From assembly GCA_951406725.2 (NCBI GenBank), contig OX597815.1, forward strand, positions 22,754,001 through 22,818,000: a DNA stretch of 64,000 nt. Direction: 5' to 3'. Position 1 is the first letter of the stretch, and the number at the start of each line of letters is the position of its first letter. This DNA comes from Octopus vulgaris (Eukaryota). Shown here one piece after another: positions 26,436 through 37,515 of the stretch. The position numbers and the translations under genes are program-made. The notes under the pieces are model-generated. The model made no database searches and was not told the origin of the DNA. It worked only from the letters and a program-made list of their open reading frames with translations.

Positions 26436-29400
26436 TATATATATATATATATATATATATATCATATCATCATATATATATATATATACATATATATACA
26501 CACATATATACATATGAGAGGGAAAGTTAAAGTACTTCCAGTGTGGTGATTTGAATACAGAAACATGAAGCACAAAACATGATACTACAAATTGTCTAGC
26601 CCAGCATTTATACCTAATTTTGTTCCTATACAAAACAATAATAGTAATATTTTTGCATATAAACATGATGTAACAGAATGACAGAAACAGTAGAAACCAG
26701 ATTTCATACTATTCATGTCTTTTCAAAATGTTTAGGAATATAAATGAAACAGTTCCAAGTAGAAACTGAACCTTAACCAAAGATTCAGTTTGCCATGAAA
26801 CTTAATAAAAAATGATAATGATGATTTCTCTTGCATAGAAATAAGTGCTTTTTGTAAAGAGAACTGGTAAAATCAAGTGGCATACTACAATATACTTTAC
26901 CAAATCTAGAAATGTGAAAGGCAGTACCAGCACAGGTGAGATTCAGACTCAGAAAAAATGAGACATCAAACTTTAAGTACTAAAATGAACAATGTTCAGT
27001 TAGTACTATTTGTACTACCCATGGATTTGGGGATAAATTTCTTGATATTTCTTTCCCATTATATTTCAACAGACTTCAACCACTAAAGCAGTATAAAGGA
27101 AGTTTTTTAAAAAATTACAATTTAGCTGTTAATTGGAAATATAAAGTTAAAAGAGGAAACATTCTTGATTTTTTATCTTTCAAGAGAGATTATTTATACA
27201 AAACCAAAAGTTTCATTACAAGTTATCTCACAAAATAATTTTTTAATTTAACAATTTTTTTTCTTTCTTTTAATTTCTCCTTCATGAGAAAAAATTAAAC
27301 TTAATTTGAGAATTGAAAGAATTATTTTTATTAATGTAGAAATACCTACATTAAAGGTCAAATTATGTTAAGAACATTTTAAAATATTTTCCAAGCAAGT
27401 AACAAAATATATCTTCTTAACCATAAAATTAATTTCTTTTTATTAATCTGATTGTCTTTTAACATTTTACTACTCAGTTAAAATCTCTAGATCCTGAAAT
27501 GAATATATTATAAGATCATTTCCATGGTCTTTCAAACCATTAAATGAAGTGTGTGAATGTGTGTACACACTGAATGCAAACACATCTTTAAATGGGATAT
27601 AATAATCAAAATGGCAGGACATGATATCTTTATAAAATAGTTATGTTGTTTATACATAACTAGCAAGCTATAGTCATTCTCTGAAGCTGAATTTCATTCT
27701 TAATTTCACAAAATGTTCTTAACCCTGAATCCTACTACTAATCAATTAAATAGTTATAATAGTTCAAGTGAGTATTGAGTCCTTATATAATGTTTTAAAA
27801 CTAGTGTTCTTTCAAAACTGCTCTTAGCTGCTCCAATCAAAAACTATTGAGACTTCACTCCAAAACATCCACTTTTGTCTATTTCTCACAAGTTAGGCAT
27901 GGAAGCAAACTAAAATACCTGAAGCAATTTTCAATATAAGTGAACTCAAAACAAACTCCACCGGGCATGTATACAGGTGAGAGCTTACAAATGAAGCACC
28001 CCAAAAATGTTATCCTAACTGATAGATGTATTAAATGGATTGTGGACACTGTTAATGTATTTGGTGCACTTTGCACTTGCTCAATCAGGCACTGAAATTT
28101 TTACATACAGGTTTCGGCATCTCAATAACACTGCATTCTCAAGTGGGCAAGATGTGACTCTCCATGAGTATTACATGAGGATGAGCTTGATAAACTTACA
28201 AATGTGGGATACAAAATCCCAGATGCAACACAAAGAGTTAGAAATAGAAGGAGTTCCTGAGTTCATCAGCTGCTTGGGTTGAACTAGAAAAAATGTTAAC
28301 TGATGGAACTACCATTCCTAAATCCATCTGGTTTACTGAAAGTCAATACTATCAAAATGTATTCTAACAATGATGTAACAAGGTACTAGACTGGAGACAA
28401 ATAGCTTCAAAGAATTAATTTAGAGCAGAACATTTCTCTGTTGTCAGAAATGTTTCCAACATATTTTGCAGAGAGAAGGGCTAAGGTCCTTAGTCTTAAG
28501 CCATTCTATCTTTCTCTTTTCAGGACTAACTCACTACTCAGCAGCTCATGAGATTTACAGAAAGATTTGACTTGGCTTGGATTATCGATTCCACTGATGT
28601 AGTTAAATTTTGGAAGTAAACAGACTTATGTGAACTAAAGTTATGAAAGATATGCCTAAAGAAATGCCCAAAAAAGGACTCATGAACATAGTAATGGGTC
28701 CAGGTCACATGTTTATCATTGCTTACTAAACAATTTGTACTGAAATACTAAAAGAAAAATAAAGGAGCTGGGATAAAGTGCCCTTAGTAGCCCTTCTTGT
28801 TTAAGTTGTGCATTTTAGAATAACTTGAATGTTTTATTTTAAAATAGTCAGCATCCAAAAATTCTTGTATAATTAATCATTATTATATACAAATTTTCTC
28901 TAAAACAAAACATCACCAAGAAAAAAAGTTTTAGGAAAATATTAACAAATGATGGCAATATTGTGATGATAAAAAAATGATTTTTAGCTGTAAATGTGCA
29001 ATGATACAAATATTAATGCATACTATAGCATCTAGCTGATCGATACAAGCAGAAAACTGCAAGAAAAAATGCATTCAAACTGCTTACAATTGAAAATGAA
29101 CCATTATAAAGATTTCCCTAAATTGCATCAAACTTACAAAAAGAATACGTTCTTGCTTCTGCACAGAGCAGGAGTTGATAAATAGAATTAGAAATCCAGT
29201 CAATGATTTATCTTCATATTTATGAAAATGGAAGATGAAATTGGTTTAAAAAAAAGAAAAAAAGAGAAAGAAATGTGGGTGATGGTATTTTTGTATGTTG
29301 TGCAGTAATTTGTAAGCTGATGCAAATTTTTAAGTAGCACCTTTGTTCAATGACTTCTGTTTCCATAAAGGGCTATTTTCATTCACATCAACCCATAATA

Positions 29401-29701
29401 TATTTCAAAAATGATTATGTGATACCATGCCAAAGATTCTTTGTTCTGTTTGAAAATGGAGAAATGTTAGCACTGATGCATGTATATTTTAATGTGAGGT
29501 GAATTTTGCGTGTACATTTTTCTGTAATTGTGTGTGTACACATATAAGCTTATATAGACATGTTTGTAATCTATGAATGCATGCATACACATCGTGCATA
29601 CATATACAAATATTTATGTATATAAGCATATACATAGATATACATAAAAACACACATATTTGTATCTATCTTTACATACATACATACACACACATACATA
29701 A

Positions 29702-29742
<41 letters not shown>

Positions 29743-29748
<6 letters not shown>

Positions 29749-29788
29749 TTATGAGTGTGAAATCATGATTTCACACTCATAAAACATA
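29743..29788. repeat. Perfect 46-bp palindrome
   Basis: TATGTTTTATGAGTGTGAAATCA|TGATTTCACACTCATAAAACATA, checked base by base. Confidence 0.95.
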
Positions 29789-29945
29789 CTGTCTATTGAT
29801 ATATGATTGAGTATGTGTACACACACACATAAAAACACACACACAATTCTTATACATACATACATGCAGAAGGATCAAACAGGTGTACAGTTTCTCCATC
29901 TACATAATACAGAATTACATCAGATCATCCCAGTGAATAGTGTTT

Positions 29946-30494
29946 TTATGCCCTGATTGCATTGAAACTGCCTGAATTGGTATGTATTGGTTCTCCTGTT
30001 GTGCTTGATAGTCGAGTGATTCCCTTTAATTTAATCGAGGACTTATCTGAAATTCCTGCTTCACTTTGAACACGGCTGCGCATATTTAAGCCACTGGTGA
30101 TGAGTTGGCCAAAACCTTCTTGGTGGGCAAATGCATATCCTGATCGCATTGATCGTTGACTGCGACGGATTGTAGACTGGCGTCCAACATTGAAGTTTTG
30201 GGATCGTGATTTGGTTTTTGTCATACGCTGCTTCAGGCGAACCCGATCGGAGAGTGTAGGGTTAGTGTCCAATGTATAAAATCGATAAGCCAGAATTGGG
30301 ACTAAAAGGATACCACAGGTCAAAATCAAACAGAATATATATTGAGTTGTTGAGAAAACAGACACTGCTACTCCTTGGTAGGTGTACTCGAAGAGGTCAG
30401 AATAGAAAGCAAAGGTGAAGCAGAAGAAAAAGATGATACTACCCCAGATAAAAATATGGTTGAAAGCTGTCCAATATGATGTGTCAATGGCACA
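29946..30494 (-). CDS. ATP8B: ATP8B terminal coding exon (CAIDTSYWT...TM9-10...[13 protein letters not shown]...stop)
   Basis: TTTCAG acceptor at 30495; open frame of 549 nt to TAA; GYAF-type autoinhibitory tail motif. Confidence 0.92.
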   Translation of the reverse strand, partial: CAIDTSYWTAFNHIFIWGSIIFFFCFTFAFYSDLFEYTYQGVAVSVFSTTQYIFCLILTCGILLVPILAYRFYTLDTNPTLSDRVRLKQRMTKTKSRSQNFNVGRQSTIRRSQRSMRSGYAFAHQEGFGQLITSGLNMRSRVQSEAGISDKSSIKLKGITRLSSTTGEPIHTNSGSFNAIRA

Positions 30495-30584
30495 CTGAAA
30501 TGAGAGAGATATTCTTTATCAATAACAGTGCTCATCAGTTATTATTATTATTATTATTATTACTACTACTACTACTACTACTAC

Positions 30585-30632
<48 letters not shown>

Positions 30633-30645
30633 TAATAATAATAAC

Positions 30646-30677
<32 letters not shown>

Positions 30678-30774
30678 TAATAACAATAACAATAATAATA
30701 ATAACAATAATATTAATAATAATAACAATAATATTAATAATAATAACAATAATATTAATAATAATAACAATAAT

Positions 30775-30826
<52 letters not shown>

Positions 30827-33305
30827 TTACTATTAGAGAAATCATTATTAGTCTATCCATTTACAATATTTCTTTTCTTATCCAATTTCAGACAAGAAAA
30901 ATAGTTTGCTAACTTATCTAAGCAGACAATACAATTTACACTTCAAATATTAAACCTAAGAATAAAGAAAATAAAAACAAAATGGCACACAACATCTTAC
31001 TGTAGACTTGAAAAATGTTCAGTAAAATACCTACCCTCAGATTAACGGCCACCACCAAAGTACTTGCTACAACAACACCAAGTGACTGATGATCACTTGT
31101 ATCATGCCCCTGAGAATTAACACTGGAACCAAATGCTCCATAAGGGATGAAGAACAGAATTAATGATGACACAATCCCTTCTGCCACACTCCATAAAAAT
31201 AGCTTCTTATTAAACAGGAGGTTTTTATGACCAGGTGTGTATAATTTAGGATATTTGATGGAATAGTATTCATCGACATCCTGCAATATTTAAAATATTT
31301 TTTATATTATATACAGATATATGAGAGGTGAAATAAAAACAAAAGTAAAAATAAGTTATGCGCAATTATATTAGATAGTACTAAACCAAATGCATACTTA
31401 AATTTGATATACTGCAACATACAATGCAGCAGACTTGATGCCAAGTTAGACTAGGCATTTAATTGTTCGAATAACCAACTGTTTCAATTATTAGTTTATA
31501 TCAAAAGTTACAATTATTTTACTTGAAATCAATGATACTGTTAAATAAATCATCAAGGATGATTTATTTAACAGGAGCAACAAAAAAGACTCTGCTATGA
31601 CCAAAACATATCAGCAAATTCTACCAATAGTCCAATTCCTATTTCTTTACTACCCACAAGGAGCTAAACATAGAGGGGACAAACAAGGACAGACAAACAT
31701 ATTAAGTTGATTATATCGATCCCAGTGCGTAACTGGTGCTTATTTAATCGACCCCAAAAGGATGAAAGGCAAAGTCAACCTCAGCGGAATTTGAACTCAG
31801 AACGTAGTGGCAGACGAAACACCGCTAAGCATTTTGCCCGGTGTGTTAACGTTTCTGCCAGCTCGCCACCTTTTGGTTTGCTATATTCGTTGGTAAGGAA
31901 AACATATTTCACCAGCTGGCAGAAATCATTAGCACGTTGTACGAGATACTCAGTGGTATTCCTATACGTTTGGAGTTCAAATTTCGTCGATGTCAACTTT
32001 GCCTTTCATTATTTCGGGTCGATAAAATATATATTTCTTTACTACCCACAAGGGGCTAAACATAGAGGGGACAAACGAGGACAGACAAACATATTAAGTT
32101 GATTATATCGATCCCAGTGCGTAACTGGTGCTTATTTGATCGACCCCAAAAGGATGAAAGGCAAAGTCAACCTCAGCGGAATTTGAACTCAGAACGTAGT
32201 GGCAGACGAAACACCGCTAAGCATTTCACCCGGTGTGCTAACGCTTCTGCCAGCTCGCCACCAATACCTTCAAGAGTTTATCCCAGTTTCAGCAACAAAT
32301 CTGTTTATAAAGATACTGTGTGGCAATACAATGCCTTTCACACTGAGTTCAGACTTATCATGACCACTGGAAGTGGATTAGTTGCAAATAAATATGATAT
32401 ACTACAGTATAGTACAAAAGAGTAAGCCACAATTGACAAGAATCTTATTCTAGGCAGATTAAAATGATACATTTTTTTATTACTTAGTCAAGAGAAAGGA
32501 CAGAGTCCATAACTCTACACAGAATACTGGTTCCTACCAGAGGGGAAAAAGGTATCTATATTCGAACTGGAGACCTGGCTCAAATGATTGCGACAGAGAA
32601 GACTCTGCTGAAGGCATAAAGACAAAGGTGACTGAGTGCTAAACAAGTGGATGGATTAAGTCTACCACCCAAGTGGGTCACAGCAGGATTTGAACTCAGA
32701 ATACAAAGAGCCAAAACAAGTATGACAAGACACACTGTTCGACAAGAATTAAGTTCACCATCCTGGACAGGTACTTTATCAATTCTGAAAACATAAAAGA
32801 TAAAGGTTAAAGTTGACCTTGGCAGGATGTTAACTCAGAACACAAGATGTGTGAATAAACAGCACAAGTTATTTCGTCCTGTGTTCTAAGTATTTTGTTT
32901 ATAATTATACAAAAACAGCAACAATAAATCATTTATTTTAATTACTATTTCTTAATTTGCTGACTTTTAATTTAACCCCTTATTTTATTACTCAAACCCC
33001 TGTAAATATGAAAAAGGCAATGTTAAGCAGAATGGAAATTGAAATTTAAAAATGTTATATAAGTAGCAAATGAAATATAAAGTATTTAGTTAGACCTTAA
33101 TAATAAAATAAATTTTTTTAATGGGTTTTTACCTGATCAAACATAGCCATTGCAAGTACTGGTAGGGAAGTATAAAAGACATTGTAGAGAGAAATAAAAT
33201 ATGGATCATAGAGTGTCTGAAATAATAATAATAATAATAATAACAACAATAATAACAACAATAATAATAATAACAATGATGATAATAATGATAATGATAA
33301 TGATG

Positions 33306-33358
<53 letters not shown>

Positions 33359-33933
33359 GCATTTTAGAATATGGAGTTATATGCAAGTTATATGCAAGTT
33401 TATTATCTAAATACTATTTATATAAATGCAATTCATATTTTTGTTACTTGTTTTCCAATTTCTACTTTTGATCACCAATGATCAGCAAATATTTGTACTA
33501 GTAGTACTACAACTACTGTAAATTATAATTTAGGAATAAGGTCAGCAATTTTTTTAGGGAAAAGTGTCAGTACTTAACTGGTACTTTATTTCATTAAGCC
33601 TAAAGGGAAAAAAAGGCAAGACTATCCTCAGCAGCATTTGAACTCATATAGAGCCGAAAGAAATACTGCAAGTCATTAATACCAATGCTCTAACAATTCT
33701 ACCAGTTAGCCACTACTACCAATAATAATAATATTAATGGTTACAAATTTTGGCACAAGTCCAGCAATTTCGGGGGAGTGAGCAGGTCAATTACATTGAC
33801 CCCCGCTGATCAACTGATACTTATTTCATTGACCCCCAAAAGGATGAAAGACAAAGTGGATCTTGATGGAATTTGAACTCAGACCAATTATTATAATAAT
33901 GAAAATAATGATAATAATTCTCATGACAGACAG

Positions 33934-33977
<44 letters not shown>

Positions 33978-36900
33978 GAATATAGGTAAAAAAAGAAGAA
34001 TACCACAAATAAAATACACAATAAAAGATTTCAGAGTTATAATTATATAAAAAAAAATATGAATATAGAAATGTACAAAATGTCCTATATCTATATAGTA
34101 CAGTAAATAAATCCCCTATTACAAAATGTTAAAAGACCAAGAAAGAAAGATCAGGTCACTTAGAGATCACAATTATCTCTGCTCTAATTTTGGTACAAAA
34201 CCAGAGTCACACTTTCACACACTTTTCTTGGAATTTTAACATCTCATACACTCTAATAATCCTCTAAAGAATGTATGGACATTCCAACAACTGTGTTAGA
34301 AGTGGTAAAAAAATGAGGTCACAGTTGTTAAAACCAAAGGAAAGTGAGTATTCATCCGTAAGAGAAGACAAAGAAACTAAAACAATATTTACTCTCCTAA
34401 AAAACTAAAAACACACAAACTTCCTTCTGAAAATTGTAGAACTTAATTTGAATTATGCCAGGTGACAGAATCCATGAGCTCTGTTTATGACCCACACTTA
34501 AAAGTAAAGAACAAGCAAAAAGAGAACCAAGTCACTGATCATCATGCAAGCTATCTCAAAAGACATCAAAACCAGTGAATTCAATGATCATATTAAGAAA
34601 CACAATGTTGGCTCACAACATTAGCAAACATCTTTCAGATTCTCTCCTTGCAAAAGGTATCTGATATCTTGTTTCTCTTCTAAGAATGTGATCTTGTTTC
34701 TTGCCTCCACTGCTTCTTCCATTTTTTCCCAATCTGCCCCTTAGCTTTTACATCTACTTAGCCTGATAAAAAAAATTCAGCCTAACCCCACCCCCTTCTC
34801 CTCATGTTATAGGTGTCAGTATTCTTAGTAGTTATGTAGAGTAGAAGGATATTTGGATATTTCAGTTTCCACAGATTTTTCTTTCCCAGTTTGTCTGCAG
34901 TCTTTGACAGTCTAACTTTTATCTAGAGGTAACCAATCATTTGTCTATGTTTAATGGTACATTCTTCACCAAATGAAGACTTGAACATTTACAGCCTGCT
35001 CTGAGACAAGAAAACCACAAATATAATTTTTCCAGTACAAAAACTTCAAATTTTTATTAATAATAGACAACTGTACATTGTCTTTTGGCCTAAAAGAAAG
35101 TCTTGGACAAGTCAAATATTTTGTAGTCAGGTGGCACTAAGAAAGTTAATGAGAATTTGTGACAGTCACTAAATCAAATATAAATAATGTTAAAATTAAC
35201 AGCAAATTCAGTAAAGAAAGTCAACTTGTCAAAGACCTAAAGGTCACAAGGCAGAGATACTAATGATGACAGGAAACCTATGAAGAGATCTTGCTCACTA
35301 TTAATAAAAGTAGAGGGAAGCTCAATATTCTATGTATATAGAAGAAACAATGGTTACATTAAATTTGCAATGGGATCTCTGGTAAATAAACAAAGATCCA
35401 AGTCTTTGTATTTAATATGCAAAGGAATTGCACATGAAATGAAATCAACAAATGACTCAATGATTCACTAAAACATAATTATTTGTTTATGTCAGCTTTT
35501 AGATGGACATGATATGTTAAGGATTAGGACTGTATGCAGTGACATATAAAAATTTGTACTGTGTAGCAGTTAAACTACAATTGCACTAACTTACTTTTAA
35601 TCAGGCAGACGTCATTAGCACCATCTCCATTTGCAGGAGTAACAGACTTTTTGTTGCATTTCATCAAATCAACAGATATTAAATGATGCTGATAATAATG
35701 AAAATAATGTGGCCCAAATACCATTATTTTCCCATCATTTAGTAGTAAATGGTGATAAGTATACATAGCCCACAAAGATATCCTATCTTCTTCCTTGCAA
35801 CTTCGAAACGCTACACAAAAAGAATTTTGCTGCTCCACACTCTCTTTACTAAAATGTGAGTGGTCATGTTACCCCTCCACAGCAGGACAGCCATTCTGCT
35901 CTGGTCCTTTTTCTCATACCTAACCCCTCTCTACTCCTTATTTTCCTAGCATGAAGTCCCCTATCTACATTTGAGATTTGTAGTCTTGCAAGCTGCATAA
36001 CAATGTTGCTAATACTGGTGGCACAAAAGCACCAGATACATGCTGTAAAGTGGTTGATGTTAGCAAAGGCATCCAACAGCAGAACCATGCTAAACAAACA
36101 CTAGCACATAATGCAGTCTTTGGGCCCATCAGATCCTGTCAAACCATCCAACCCATGGCAGTACAAAACATGGATGTTAAATGATGATGATGAATGAGTG
36201 AAAAAGCAAAGAGAACCATGAACCTAACACATAACTACATGAAATATGCAATACAGATATAAGCGAATAACTTGCAAACTCTGAATATTGCCAAGAGAGG
36301 ATACAGGTCAGTGCTAGGAGGGAGCATGTGACAGAAAACTGAAGAGGAAAATAGGGCTCCTATAGCAAAACTGTGGAAGTAATGTCAAAGATTATAAATA
36401 TCACAAAATGTTAGATGATTATAAAACAATATTTTATAATATATATTCAAAACAACTTACCTGAGCTGAAAATCCACAAAAAAATGCATACCAGAAGTGG
36501 CACAATGTGAAGGCAAAATTCTTATAGAAAAAATATTTCAAGAATTTGCACATGCGTAAGTAAGACCATCTGCCATGAACAAGAAGTAGGCGTTCTAAAT
36601 ATCGAAACTGTGATAAGGCATAGTCGCTTGCAAGAACAGCCTGCATTCCCTCCTGTCCACTGATTCCGACACCAATATGGGCCACTAGAAAAATAGACAT
36701 TTTATAAGTTAACTTTTAGACGGACATGATATGTGAAGGATTAGAACCATATGCAGTGACATGTGAAAATTAGTACTACATACCAGTTAATGTCTGATTG
36801 CACTGAAAAGCAGATATTAAATGATGCCAATTATAATGAAAATAATGTGGTTTAATGAATTTCAGCACCAAATGTCAAATATCAATACAACCTCATCCAA

Positions 36901-37241
36901 TGACAAACACCATTCCCACAGATAAAAATGCATAAAATTTAAATGCCCTCTATATTAAACATGAATTATCAATATTAATAAAATTTAAATGTGGATGAGG
37001 AAGACCCAGGAAGACATGGCTTGAAGTGATTGAAAGCTGACCTTAGAACTCTGAGTCTCGCGGGGAAAATGACAGAGGACCAGGATATCTGGTGAAATGA
37101 GGTTTCCATGGAAACCCACCCATCACAGCAAAACTGACTTCACAAAGCACTGAGTGGGTATATATTATGCATGTGTGTGTAGAGAGAGAGAATAAGAGAG
37201 AGAAATGAAGCGCAAACTTTCCTTTTTTCTCATTTCATTTA

Positions 37242-37285
<44 letters not shown>

Positions 37286-37481
37286 AGATAATGGTGTCAT
37301 TGAGACCCAAAGGTGTCAGGTAATGCTGAATAAGTGCTATAGATAGACCATAGTTAAGTTCCAGATTCGGTAATTTTGCGAATAAGGGGTTCAACGTTGG
37401 TTCTATTTCAGTGTGGGTATATAAGAATTTTTTGCGTAATAAGATGAAAAAACCAAGGCTGTGTAGATATTAGAGCATTTA

Positions 37482-37515
<34 letters not shown>

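Noticed and set aside
28040-28282. 80-aa ORF with a signal-peptide-like N-terminus
   Set aside because: Non-ATG start in the track, no recognisable domain or splice support, and antisense to the putative 3'UTR; probably chance
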